This document shows, piece by piece, positions 1-13,700 of a stretch of 64,000 nucleotides of DNA (the first letter of the stretch is position 1; each line of letters begins with the position of its first letter). Where the stretch lies: contig JBHGNT010000005.1 in NCBI GenBank assembly GCA_043228905.1, positions 24,366,001 to 24,430,000 on the forward strand, in the 5' to 3' direction. The position numbers were made by a program, and so were the translations under genes. The notes under the pieces are model-generated. The model saw only the letters and a list, made by a program, of their open reading frames with translations. It did not search any database and was not told where the DNA came from. The DNA comes from Azolla caroliniana. Its lineage: Eukaryota > Plantae > Polypodiophyta.

Positions 1-570
1 ATTGAGGAAAGGTTGGTGGAATCATTAAGGATGAAGTGAGAAGATGCTAAGAGGACAAAGCTAGAATACTACATTGCAAATGTCAACCCTCAATGTTGGT
101 CTCAATATAAAGCAAGAATGTCTATTGATCGTATCCAACCTTATTTCATTACCAATATGAGTAGTAATGCTCGTAGAGCCCTTACACTACTTCGCACTCA
201 ATCTCACAAGTTAGGTATTGAAGTTGCATCATGGTATCAAAATGTAACTAATTTGAAGACATGCAAAGTATGCAACGAAGGCATGGTAAAGGATGAGTGT
301 CAATTGCTCTTCACATGCTCGACATATAGTGCAATTCGTTCAAGATATGCTAGCATACTAAGAGGGAGTGATAACGTAAGTGCCATACTTAAGACACCAC
401 CGAGAAGTTGAGCTCATATGTGTTTGCTTTATTCACACATAGAGATTGTGTGCTTCAATGTATGAATACCCCTTCTTAGGAAGGAGACATATCAAGAACG
501 CATGTATACTCTGGTCCCATGGGTCAAAATTGGCCTCTTTATGGGCAATAAAAATTCTAATTCTAATTCT
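1..570 (+). mobile_element. Non-LTR retrotransposon (LINE) 3' fragment, degenerate, with (ATTCTA)n tail
   Basis: ORF 118-411 ends in CKVC...KDECQLLFTC, resembling the CxxC...E.E.H.LF.C C-terminal motif of LINE ORF2. It is followed by AATAAA and an ATTCTA microsatellite tail (~548-570). A second diverged copy starts at ~675. Confidence 0.6.
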
Positions 571-674
571 TTCTCTTAGGTCAAAATTAGACTCATCATG
601 GACTATAAAATCTCTCTCTCTAAAGATCGGATGTGGAAGATCTCCTAAAGATGGGATGTTATGAAATATGTAGT

Positions 675-1725
675 TACTGAGGAAAGATTAATTGACCCAC
701 TAAGGAAGATTCAGTGGAAAGATGCTAAAAGGACAAGTTTAGAATATTACATTGCAAACATAAATCCTAAGTGTTGGGTTCAACCTTATTGATCATATTC
801 AACCTTACCCCATTACTAACATGAGTATTAACTCTCGTAGGGCTAGGGATCGGCAATAGTTCGGTTTAGGCTTAACTGGTTTGGCCTTATCCAAGCCAAA
901 CCGGTTAAGCCTAAACCGTTTTGGGGTTCTCAAACCTGAATAAACCAAACCAAACTGATCCCTAAACCAGTTTGACCTAAACAAGTTTGTGAACTGGCAT
1001 GGGAACTGGCTTGGAAACCGAGTTGTGAACCAATTTGGAAACCTCCCTCCGTCTCTCTCTCTCTCTCTTCTCTGTGTAGTCTCCCTCCCCCTCTCTCTCT
1101 CTCTCGTCTGTGTAGTTTCTTTATTTTTTTGGTAAAAGCACACAATTATATTAATTGTATGCAAAATCCACTTTGTTAAAACACTTCTTAGTCTCCTCTG
1201 CCTATCATATGCCTATGTGGGGGGAGGGTCATTCTCTAATGCTACTAAAAAACCTGAATATGCATTTGAGGAAATGATCCCCACATGCTCTAACATCCAT
1301 CGTCTGTGTACTCTCTCTCTCTCTCTCTCTCAAGTGTCTAACTAATTTCTAACTTTGAAGTTTTTCTTTAATCTAACTAGTAAACCACATAACTGGCTTA
1401 GCCGGTTTGAGGCAGTTTGGCAAGGCTCGAGACAGGCCAAACCGAGCTCAAACTGTTTAGTCAAGCTCAAGCATGAGCCGAGTCACTAAGCTGTTTTAAA
1501 CCGGTTTAGGCTTGAACTAAGTTGTTGTCGGTCCCTACGTAGAGCCCTAACAATCTTTCGCACTCGATCACACAACCAATTATTGAAGTTGCATTATGGA
1601 ATCAAAATCAACCAAATATAAAGGCATGTAAGGTATGCAATGAAGGGCCAATAGAGGATGAATATCACTTGCTTTTTACATGCTCTACATATAGTGCAAT
1701 TCGTGAAAGCTATGATGATAGCTTT
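675..1725 (+). mobile_element. Second LINE 3' fragment of the same family, split by a MITE (pieces ~675-843 and 1538-1725)
   Basis: Aligns by eye with 1-370 (GATGCTAA.AGGACAA, TACATTGCAAA, TGCAA.GAAGG, ACATATAGTGCAATTCGT). This copy encodes CKVC...EDEYHLLFTC. Confidence 0.65.
844..1537. mobile_element. hAT-type MITE / non-autonomous DNA transposon (694 bp)
   Basis: Termini are TAGGGATCGGCAA... and ...TTGTCGGTCCCTA. The 8-bp TSD is CGTAGGGC (836-843) / CGTAGAGC (1538-1545). The uninterrupted site CGTAGAGCCC is visible in the paralogous LINE copy near 172. Subterminal AACCG/CGGTT motifs are present. Confidence 0.85.
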
Positions 1726-1754
1726 AAGGGTTTCTTTCTTTCTTTACACTACTA

Positions 1755-1915
1755 GCACTACATCCTAGGTTCGAAACCCAATTGTCTCACCTCTTAAGGA
1801 CTCCTAAATATCTCTTATTTCACTAATATAGATGTCACTATGGAATATTTTAGGGGTTAAACCCATGACACCACCTTGTCTCCATTGGGCAACCTTACCA
1901 ACTGAGCTACATCCA
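1755..1915 (-). mobile_element. tRNA-derived SINE
   Basis: The minus strand starts TGGATGTAGCTCAGTTGGTAAGG (A box) and contains ATGGGTTTAACCCC (B-box-like). Homologous copies occur at 15420-16395. Confidence 0.7.
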
Positions 1916-1989
1916 TCTAAGCTCTCTCTCTCCCTTTAAATAATGGTTTTCATTACGAAAGAAAAAAAACACCACCATGACTAACTTAC

Positions 1990-3140
1990 CACAAAGTATA
2001 GGACCTTTCTAGGGATTTAAATGCTACTACAATTACAAACTCAATGCCACCCTACACACCAATTCAAATGGTGAATATGATGATATGTGACCTTGGAAAG
2101 TTCTTTCTCTTCATGGTTGAGATTTCGTGACTTCTCTAGCATTGTCAATTACCACAAAGAAGTCCTTTTAACTTTATGACATATTTTCTTACCCCAACTT
2201 GCGAATCAAAAGTGAAGCCATTCTGCATATTCCAATTGCACAATAGCCCCCAATACCTCAAGAACTCAAAAATAATTTTGAAACGAGGCATCGGTTCATT
2301 GTTCTCCATATGTGCAAAAACCTAATTGAAAGAAGATAGGCTTAGTACTCTAGTTAGAGACATCCTTACTAAATTGATACACCTCCTAACCATCTAGCAT
2401 GAAAGAAATCAATGCTTACTATGTTCCAATTCCCCTGAACAAAAGAAACACATTCCCCTAGCAATGTTTCTTTTTTTTTTAATGCATCCCCAATGATAAA
2501 TCTCCAAATGAGTTCCTTAGGTCGTAGCATCAATCGAGAACACCAACCTACCATGATCATATGAAACAACCAGGTAATGGACTTACGAAAACCTCATATC
2601 TTTATAACCCTTTCTTCCATCCACTTATGTTTGTCAATCAACTTGTGATAAGTATCGTTTGTTGAGATCATATTCAATCTCCTATTTCCAACAAACATCC
2701 AATCAAGCTCTTGAGATTCCCCATCTAAATCAAGAATTGCCTCATACGATGATAGCAATTCTTGCAACTTATCTCAAATCAAGGTATAACGTCTTGGAAT
2801 ACGAAATATTGATCTTGTTGTTCGAAATGCCATCAATCTTCTTTGTGATGCCAACATAGCATCCTTGACTTTTACCAAATCCAATCTATCCATCCGATTA
2901 AATTGAAGGTTAAGGAAGTATTTACCTTCCCACCTCAACAACTTTGGTGTCGCTAAAACCTCCATTTGTAATGAATTGGTATATCCCCTTTCTTGTGGAG
3001 GATGCCATAGCACAAAATCCAACATACTTTACCAAGATGTCAACAAATGGTTAACTATTAGAGACCTTGCACATTTGATATCCCTTTCAGAACTAAAGAC
3101 ATTCCAGCAATTAGCTTCAATCGTCATGTTTCCAATCTTA
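1990..3140 (-). mobile_element. Degenerate L1-like LINE ORF2 3' fragment
   Basis: Broken minus-strand frames include PKELIWRFIIG, resembling the zf-RVT region of plant L1 ORF2. Many stops and frameshifts. Confidence 0.4.
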
Positions 3141-3141
3141 A

Positions 3142-3191
<50 letters not shown>

Positions 3192-3348
3192 AACACTCCT
3201 TTATTTTAACAACCTTTATCTTTCAAACCTACCAAAAGATTCCATCATTATCACTTGCTTGAGGATCGTAGAAAGAAAGATACAGTCGATGGTGACAATT
3301 ACAAAGAGATTGTACCAATCAGACTTGCCCATGTCGACGTTATGATGA

Positions 3349-3396
<48 letters not shown>

Positions 3397-4731
3397 AAAC
3401 CATTGAGTTGGGTGCATGCATTGCTAGGACTTATAACTAACATACAATATCACATAGGAGACAACCATTAAGTTGGTAGCGTTAACTACTTGTGCTTATT
3501 AGTAGCATACAATGTCATTAGAGACTAAAATCAAAGAAAATGCAAGAATGATCGTGCATTGCAAGCTAGAATCTAATGTGTCTCTTTTCTCGTGTGGAAT
3601 CATCGCACTAGTTTGGCAATTGCAGATTGTTTACATTGCATAAAGAGAAATGCATCATCCCACTATGCTTCTCACATTCAACAATCATGAGGGGAAAGAG
3701 AGAGAGAATGATCTTTCAACTAGCATATGCATGAATCTCTCAAACACTGCAATGAAGTGGTATGTAGCACACAATAGATACGCACATAAATCTGCAACAT
3801 TTCATCTCTACAGCTTTTTTAAAAGGACAATTAAACATGTCCCAGGGAATCCCGGCATTGGACCCGACTGCATAAAGCTCACAGTCACATTACTAATGAA
3901 AGAATTGAATGCAATTACAGCTTTTTTCCTAGGAAATGTCCTGTAAAGTTGGTTGAAGAAACCAACATTTAACTGAAAATTTACATCCTGGGATACTTCA
4001 AATTCTAATTAAAACATTTAATGCTTTACAGCTTTTCCCATGTGTCTCAAGGTAATACACGATACATTAACACGCAATTGCTAAAGCATTTAATGCCATC
4101 AGAACAGTTTTCCATGCAACTTCGAATCAATTATTTGATGAGCAATCAATCATTTAATGATCCAAAAGAAAACACATTTAAAAGCATATTATTGATTCAT
4201 GAGAGCCAATAGAGAGAACCATCCCAATGCAAACACATCTAGCGGCATCATACTTGTCCTCCATGTACATTTGAAACAATTGTTTGATGAGTTTATAAAC
4301 ACCAATGTTTATGATTTAAATGTATACTTAAGAGCATGTTATTGCTCCATGAGAACCAAAAGAGTGTAACAAAGGCAAGGATTCCAATTAAGAAAAAAAA
4401 ATGCTTATCACAAGAAGCCCAAAAGAGACTTTAGGGTTTGGGGTTTGGGTTCAAGATAATTCCATTCCAAGGTATATACACACATACACATGGAATTATG
4501 TCATTTAATTGACTACTCCTCAATACATAATCATGTATGAATATGTACGCATTCATTTTATATTCCAATGCTTTGAGAAATCTTCTCTAGACGAAGGAAT
4601 TCACTACTCAGCTCAATATATAATCAATACTCCCCTCTCTCTCTCCACCACCACTCATGGCTTGTTGATCAATACAGGAAATTTACCCCTTAATTTTACA
4701 TACAAATATTTTCATCCGAGGGGTGCAACAT

Positions 4732-7700
4732 TCAGCTGCCAAAATCACCCTCCATCAGCTCCATGACATCTTCTTGTTGCTACAAAAAAATAAAAAAATA
4801 ATTCAAAATTTTAACTTCATCGCACAATGCATTTGTTGGCCTACAAATATATGCACACGACTCTATCTCTACATATACTGGTGACCTTTCCAAATGTGGA
4901 GGTTCAAACAAATGAAGATAGGCCCAAACAAAAACAAAAATATAGTTACCTCTTTTATATAACTTGCAAGTAAGTCATCCATGGGAGAAGCCATGCGGAA
5001 TGGTTCCGGCACTCCATGGTCGGCTTTAGACCCCAAGAAGGCATCCAACAACGCTGCCTCTTTAAATTTCGCATCACTCTCACCAAAGGATTGCTCACTA
5101 CTCATCGAGGAGCAAACAGGGAAAGCATGTGACTTAAGGTCAACATCAGTTCCCACCTTCAATGGTGCTTGATTCATAGAAAGAGGGAGAGGATTCCTAA
5201 TGTATTGTGAATTCAAATTGGGAGCTAGGATTGTTCCCAATGGTTGATTGAATCCGGTAGCGTGCCAATCCATTTGCCAGCTATCGCCTAATCCCGGATT
5301 TAACCTTGATGAAAGATTGTCACTAGAGAGAATATTATTTGATGATGCCGTAGAGTCAACCGGATTATTATATAAAAGATGATGAGTTTGGCCGATCTCA
5401 TTTCTTTGAAGAATGGATGAAGATAGAGGCAGCACATTAGAAGCTAAAGGTATGTTGTTGTAAATTCCAACATCCGATGATGAACCATAAGGCTTGGAAT
5501 TCAAGCCAGCACAAGGCTCTAGATTAGATACATTCATAGTTGCATCTTGAATCGGCATTGCGGACCCAATCATCGATAAAATACCACCTGATGGTGGTGG
5601 CAGTGGTGGCTGCATGACTGACGAATTGTGTCCTTGATCGAACCCAATCTGATTATTACCTATACCCATCATCTGTCGTGATTGTCTACTGTTGTCATGT
5701 AGGCCAAATCCCCCCCCACCATCGAGACCTCGGGAATCTAGTAAACCATAGGGTAACCTTCCTTGCAGTGCAGCAATTTGCCCAAATAAGTGGTTATTTT
5801 GACCTGTCCTATTTGATGGACCCCTGTGTAGAGAAGAAACCAAAGTTTGTGCCGGCAAACATGTTCTGAAGTCGGTGAGCCCAGCAGCATACCGTTCATC
5901 AATCGAACCATAATTTGCAGAGCCAGGTTGATGAGGAGGAGCACTTAATCTTTTCAAATACAACCTATACTTCTGTAACCAACAAGAGGAAATTTGAGTC
6001 TTAGCCGAGCATACAATCATTCTGGAATACATTCATATATTTCTTTTGTATAATTACAACTACAAGTGTAAGCTACAAGTGAAATAAAAACAATCCTGCA
6101 ACAAGTGAAAAACAACACTATGTACTATTCAAACCTATAATGCAAATTTACCATTAACGAGTCCAAACCAACAATGAATTGCATGGATTCATGCTCACAC
6201 ACAAATTGCACCAAGTGAAAACAAAATCCATTGTGAAACTACCAATAAGGCCTCCAGCCACAAATGCATTTAAGTGTGCGGTATTAATTAAACACACAGC
6301 CATTGCCTGCGATTCAACCTCACGCAAACATTTCAACAAGCAAAAACAAAAGATTAGAACTACGATCTAAATCTATCATTAAGGAGCCCAATTAAAGGAC
6401 GCATATACAAGCTATTAAACAATGCTTTTATGCAGCCCTGGAATTTGGAGGCTGCAACCCTTCAAAAAGGGTATCACCCTGCAAAATAAGGCACATCTTT
6501 AAATAAAGTATGTAAGAAAACCTATAGTCTAAATTGCCCTTCAATTCAGATGGATCCATTTATAAGACCTTCAAATACAAGGGTAATATTTTAAATTTCC
6601 CAAGGGTACTTTTCTTAGTTTCATCGTAATCTTGCTGCTATGACCCACTGAGATTAGTACCAAAAATAAACATCAATGTGAGGAATATTTGACCAAAACT
6701 AACGAAATGTCCCTCTCTGAATTGTTTCTCATTTCACTGGGACAAAAAGGCCAAAAAAAACTTGTTTATTACTAGACAGATATTATATTTTACAAACCTG
6801 CAAATGGCTGGCAACATTTTCTCTCGTCAAACCTTGGACATCCATGAGTTCCAATATTCTTTTGGGAACCGCCTCTGTAAAAGATCAAATAAATTAGCGT
6901 TCTCTCTCTTTAATCAACTTCACATATATGTAGCTCTCCTTATAATGGATGGGCATACACCTTTGTACATCTGATTTGTCTTATAGGCCAATGAATTTTG
7001 GCCTTAAGACATTAAACTTAATTTCTTTCTCTACCTCTTTGTATATTCATCAAAACGCACATGGGCATATATCTCTAGCATTTTGTCTTTCTTTATCTAA
7101 CTCTAGGCATGTTGTTCACCCAAGTGTAAATGTGTGTTTATGCCAACTCCTATTGATGGTAGTGTGCACATAAATAGCACATACTCTTTGTCTAACTTGC
7201 AACTAATGTTATGCAATTATCAACAAACCGAATTTGCATTGATAGTTTACAGCATTAATAAACACAAAACAAGGAGAAAGAAATCTTACTATCTATTCCT
7301 AGTTGGTCCACAGCACCCACAAACTTTTGATGTAGATCAACGGTCCACACCACTCGCGGTTTCTTGGAGGCAGATGGATCCTCATTATCCACTTCAGCAT
7401 CATCTTCATCCTCTTGAGCTGCATCTTTCCTCTTTTTAGAGGACTTCAAAGAATCATCAGCCCTTTGTTTGCTATCATCTTTTCTCTTCCTCACTACATG
7501 CTGCCATATTACTTTTAGTTCTTCTATCCTCACTGGCTTTAGCAAATAATCACAAGCCCCATGTTTTATGCCTTTCATTACTGCACGTGTCTCTCCATTG
7601 GCAGACATCACTATTGTTCAAAACAACATGCAACATTTTTTTATTATTAGTTCGTTATCTCTTTGAATTGATGGTAAATTCAGTCAACTGGGGAGAAGCT

Positions 7701-9042
7701 GTTGATAACTACAAGCTTAACTGATAACAGGAAGATCCATTTCTAAGCCAACAAGCTCCAGCAGCTTGAAGCCATCCATGTCAGGCATGTGGACATCACT
7801 TATAACCACATCAAACCCATCTTTGTTTTCTCGCAGGAGTTTAAGTGCATCGGCTGCCCTCTCACATGTTGTTACTGAATGAACAACCGTCAACATAAGC
7901 AAGTGGAATCGACAAAGTATATAATACCATATAAGAAAACAGATTGAACGAATCAATGCTATACGAGAGGCACATTTTGAGATAGCTATAAGTTCTACGT
8001 TTCCAACCATCATCTCTCAACAATGTGCGCACAGACATGGTTGGGACACAATATGGGTTCCCATTATCTCGATATGGGCCCATGCTTTCTTCGATCTTCA
8101 AAAGTGACCCCACACTTCTTAAAAGAAAATGCAATGTCAATGTGGGCAGATACAATTAACCTATAGGTTTATTCGCAGCCATAAGTTAACAAGTCTGGAT
8201 GATTATGGTGTGGAGATAGGCCGAGGGTTCAAAAACTTCCTAACCAAAATAATAGAGTTGACATCACAGGGTAACACTGAATATGCTTTTACTAGTCATT
8301 TCAACAGATAGCTAAGGTCTAGATATAGATAGCTGCTCCATGGGTCTACACGTACATAGGATTTCACCAATCATCTCAAATTCATGGATGAGAACGTGCC
8401 TTGACAGCATTTGGATGGATATGATCTAGGCTATATGAACAACATGATTTGGAAGCTATAGTCTAGAGAAACACTAAGCATCTCAAATCCACAGATGGGC
8501 ATATGATTTGCCAAAATCTGGAGATAGATTTCACCGATTGTTCAAATATCATAGAGAAGCACGAAGTGTCTTTGTCTGGATGGCTGCAATTTAGAGTGTG
8601 AGTTGTCCATCTAATCTAGAGGGCTATTGTCTGGAATTTGACACTAGGGTTTCGCAAACTCCATGACATAATCTGGATGTCGACCTAAGGTTACAACAAC
8701 CGAACCTTAAGCCCAATGCATCTTTTTTTTAAGTTACTGGGCATGGTTAGGCTAAACTCATGTTTAATATATATATATATATATATGGGAAATAATCTTT
8801 CTTAAAAAGGAAGCACATGTCAAAAAGGAAAGCTTCTTACAGGGGAAACCTATGCTTCTTAAACAGGAAATCCTACAGCAAAAAAGACAGCTTCTTGAAT
8901 AGCAATGCATGTTACCTCTATAGCGACACTGCCTTAGCATCTTGCTAAGTATAAGCAAACAGACACGATCATCATCCACTGCCAAGACTCGCAACCCTGC
9001 TGGAAACTCCATTTTCTCTGTATTATCTGTTATGCTATTCAT
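4732..9042 (-). CDS. ARR-B: Type-B response regulator (receiver + GARP/Myb-like domain), ~582 aa. Exons 9042-8916, 7874-7722, 7610-7290, 6874-6798, 5972-4950, 4779-4732
   Basis: Receiver: [13 protein letters not shown]...[18 protein letters not shown]...GACDYLLKP (D-D-K intact). GARP: [16 protein letters not shown]...[10 protein letters not shown]...[17 protein letters not shown]. All introns are GT-AG with consistent phase (1749 nt). The last exon is less certain. Confidence 0.93.
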
Positions 9043-9189
9043 TCTTACGGATACGGATTAAAAAAAAAAAGTTCAGAGTAAATCTATCTCAGCTTCCATG
9101 GCTCATTCAGGCATGGAAACCCTTTTATTTTTCTCTTTCTCCTGCTCTTCTCTTTTGTTCCTTGTCTTCAATCTCTTTCTTCTCTGTCC

Positions 9190-9192
9190 AAA

Positions 9193-9246
<54 letters not shown>

Positions 9247-9576
9247 AATCAAGAGAAATTTAGTATCGCCCTAAAAGCAGCAGAAACTAGGGTCTTAGAT
9301 TTGTGCAAATGCTGTTTTTTTTCCAAGGAATTTCTCACGTTCCCTCTCGCTCGCTCTCTCTTTTATTTCTCTCTGTCTCCCTCAGTCTGCCTTGTCTCTA
9401 TGATTCTTGCTCAGTCGGAGAGAAGCTACCATCGCCCAAAAAGCAGAAAAACTATATATTTACAACCCACTCACTTCACTTCTCTTCACTCTGTCTGTCT
9501 GTCTGTCTGTTTGTTTCTCTTCCAAACGGCCACTTTCTGGGGCCTTTTTCAAAGGAAGGGGAAGGGGAAGGGGGAC

Positions 9577-9615
<39 letters not shown>

Positions 9616-9787
9616 TATATTCATTCATTCATTCCTCTCCTGCTCCTCCTCCTCCTCCTCCTCCTCACTCCTGCTCCTGTTCCTGTTCCTGCAGCTCCTG
9701 CAGCTCCTTCTAATGATGAGATGATGATGATGATGATGATGATTATGATGATTATGATGGGGATGGGGATTATGATGATGATGATGA

Positions 9788-9840
<53 letters not shown>

Positions 9841-10099
9841 GCACTTTTTTCTCTGCCACTTTGATGAGCAATGAAACTGCCCCCTTCTTCTTCTTTTTCT
9901 GATTTTTGTTTTTCTTTTTCCAGTCCTAGGTTACATTTACTTGTTTATTTATTTATTTCTTCATTCATTTATTTCTTCATTTATTTATTTATTTACTTAT
10001 TTATTTCCTTATTTACTTATTTATTTATCTTTGCATATATATTTGTTTATTTACTTTACATATGCATTTATTTATGTATTTATTTGTTTACTTGCATAT

Positions 10100-10154
<55 letters not shown>

Positions 10155-10375
10155 CATACATACTGTATGCAAATACATATATATATATATCTTTCTTTAT
10201 TTATTTACATATGTAAAACACACACACTTCTTCTTTTTTGTTTCTTTATTTATTTGCATACATATGTTTTTTTTTTTTTTAAATTTATTTATTTTTTTAT
10301 TTTTTTATTTTTTTATTTATTTATTTATTTATTTTACTGCAGAAAGAGAAAGACAATGAGAAGTGAATACATACA

Positions 10376-10414
<39 letters not shown>

Positions 10415-10770
10415 GTATTAGAGTCTAGACCTGCCTGCCTATCCTCTCCCTCCTCTTTCTGTTACTCTTTTCTTAAATGCTCATGCTCTCTCTCCCCCCA
10501 TCTAAGCCCCTCTTCCTATGCACACACACACACACACACACCCATCCCTTCCACCTCCTAACCCCATCCCTATCTACTTGATTCATCGCGCTCCGGCTTT
10601 TCTCGTTATTTATGCCCCTTTGCTACCTCTCTTGTAGCTTAACACTATTTATGTATGTGTGTCTGTGTATGTGTAATAGTGTATGTGTATGTGTCACACA
10701 TGTACGTACATTTGTGTGTGTGAGTGTTGATGTATGTATTTGTGTGTATAACGTATGTGTGTGAGATAGA
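9190..10770. repeat. Compound microsatellite island upstream of the response regulator: (CT)n, (CTTT)n, (CCT)n, (ATG)n, (TTTA)n, (TA)n, (CA)n
   Basis: Directly visible. It explains the low-complexity ORFs in the ORF track. Confidence 0.95.
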
Positions 10771-13700
10771 GAGAGTGTGCACATCAGGTCTTGACGAGGC
10801 TTTTTCTTCCATCCCCATACTTCCCTCTCGCTTTTGCTCACATTGCATGCTCCTCTTTGTATTTGTCCCTCCACCTCGAGATTGACTGTTCCATGAGCAC
10901 ACTCGTCCCGTTTCGGGGTTCCTTTTCTTACCTCGCCCTCATTCCTTCCCCCGCAACTATTTAGAACGTTGTCGGCACTTTGCACACGTGCAGAGGGAAT
11001 CGTTCATATGTGTATTGTGTTTCGTTGTTGATACATTTTACACACCAGTTTGCTTGGCCCCGTGTTCCTCTACCCACTTGGAGATTGTTTGTTCAAGCTT
11101 TGCATTTCGCTCTCCAAACTTTACATGCGCTTTATTTGATCCCTTATTTCTTCTCGACTAGGATAAATGCTAGTTTTGTGCACACTACTACTACTGCATT
11201 TGCGAGAGGATGCATCATCTCTCACTTTTGAAAATAAAAAGTGTTGTCTTCCCATCTTATCTCAAGTAGCCCCCCTCATGTCTCACACTTCGATGTCATG
11301 GAATGAGAGTGCATTGTGTTTCACTCTCGTATTGTATTATTTTCATTGTCCAACCTTATCATGATGGTCCCTAAGTGCACCACTTTATCCTTGTACTTCA
11401 CCCTAACTGTCGGTCACCCCCATGGTTTCATACATGTATTTGTGCACTCAGAGACATTTGTATGCGCACTTAGAGACATTGCATGAGAGAGTGAGCACAT
11501 TGCGTTCCTCTTTGGAATTGCACATGTTTTACTATACCCTCATTTAATCATTACGACAACAACAAGTTCGTTTGATTATCTTTGCAATTATCTTGGATGG
11601 ATGTCACCCTTTTACTCATCTTTGTTGACTAGTTCATACGATGGAGCTAGCCATCCTAGAGTATTATTCACACATCAACCTTGTTATCCGACAATTGTGT
11701 TTGATTTTATTTTTTTGAAGTTTAGTGTTAGGTTACCCTTTATTTTCCCCATGCTAAAATAAGCAGTTTTATTATTATAAATAGGTCGTTTCCACAATGT
11801 TGTGCATAATATTGGCTCACGAGAAAATTTGTGTGAGCCTGATACAGCATGTGTCTACTTCTAACCATTCTCCTTTGTGTATGTTCAAGTCCCCATTCCC
11901 TCCCAAACTAGCCAATATATATATATATATACTATGTATGTACGTGTGTCTATACACACGCGAAGTCCTTAGTCTATCAACATGTAGCTAGCTTTCTTAG
12001 CTCCTCTACTTTAAATGCTACTTGACTCTTCTAATTTACTATACCCAAAACATATACATATGGCATCTAGACATCTCATTTATTTTTGAGGTCTCATCAC
12101 TCCTCGTTTATTAGGCTCGCCCACTACATGTTATACGGTCGCATCTATTAGACACTTGGGATTAGCATGCCCATGTAAAGTATTTTGGGGCCATATGACG
12201 AGGAGTCCATATTTCCTCCTAGCATATACGAGTTTGCATTGCCACATGCACATGCATACCTTTGTGAGGATTGAAGTAGTAAACTTTAATCAAGCTTAGG
12301 CTTTGTCACTAATTAAGTAGCTTCCACATCTTCACCTATTTTGCTAGTGTTGCATGCAATGCTATCGTGCTCAAACTTGCTTTGTGGATGATGGATTTTG
12401 CAAATATACTATATTTATAACAACTTGTTCCTGGCACATTTTTTATTAAAAACATGAAGACTTTTTGTAATGAATAAAACATGTTGCCTAAAACATTTAA
12501 GGGACTACCTAAGTTAGGGTCAAAAAGCACAAAAATTACATTTGAGGGTTAAGAAACTTTGATTGCGGCGAGCTTGTTGATCGATTATAATCCCTAAAGT
12601 CTCTATTGAATGGTTGGGTGAAGGCATCGATAAATCTTTGGAATACACGGTTGGTTCAAATGTACATTGTCACTAGACACCTTAAAAAAAACGTGACTTC
12701 AATTTTGCAATGGGTCATGAAGTGTTCTTTCACTTGTTTGATGTTAATATGTCATCGTTGTCATGCACACTCTCTCCTTTGTTTTAAGCCCCATGGAACA
12801 AACAATTGTTCTCCCATAAATGAACTTTATCTTCTGAATAATTTGGGGCACATAATACACCAAACTCTATACATCTTCCCATTTTTCATGCATTGAATGA
12901 CCATCCATCTACCACAAGCATACTTATATATTATGACATGAGTTAAAGTTTGGCTGACAAGCCTTGTTGCGTTTCCATGTCTTAGCATAAACTATATGAT
13001 ATTCTTCGTATCATCTTATGGGTTATGTTCTTGCACATGATGGTATTGGGTCTAGTTTACAAGGCCTAAACATAACTAGCCTCTTTTTATTCGGATTCTA
13101 GTTTCTCTTGATCTTTTTATACTCCCTTTTTTTCATGCAATATTATATTTGTAGTTAGACTGAAATGAAAGCCTCTATTTGTACTCAAACTCAAGTTGTT
13201 TCCTTTTTTTGCAAAGCATGTGATATCTCATTCGGGACAAGTTTGATACAACCCTCACAACATCCCTCATGTTGTTTTTTCCTCGTTCATCGAATATTAT
13301 TTTATAAAGAAGGACACCATCGTAGGATGACGATGCTTGATATTAAAATAAAGTATGATTCTATCTACATTGAATCTAAAAGTTGTAATAGTGTTTCTTT
13401 TGCTTCACCGATTCTTTATTGGAATTTGTCTCACTAGTCAATGCCTTCTCGTCTTGAATTAGGCTAATCTTGTTGTGTCTAGCAACCATGCATATTGTGG
13501 GACTTGTGCAAACTTAGTTACTCAAAAAAGTAATGGAGCCACAATATTAGTGAGAATGGGATCAACATGATTGATAACAATCAAATTGGCTAATCGATCG
13601 CATAGTTCACAAATCTCAAAACTCCCAATAATATGATATATACATGAGTTATCGTTTTACATTCATATAATTTTGAAATGTACTTTATTCCCCTTGTCTA

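Noticed and set aside
1755-1915. tRNA gene
   Set aside because: A and B boxes are present, but I could not fold a cloverleaf, and the body recurs with a shared non-tRNA tail, so it is a SINE.
4430-4452. Interstitial telomere repeat
   Set aside because: Only one TTTAGGG plus degenerate units, which is too short.
9301-10421. Long ORFs rich in L/S/M/YLFI
   Set aside because: These are translations of microsatellites. The same applies to 33701-34366, 46184-46839 and 56705-57768.
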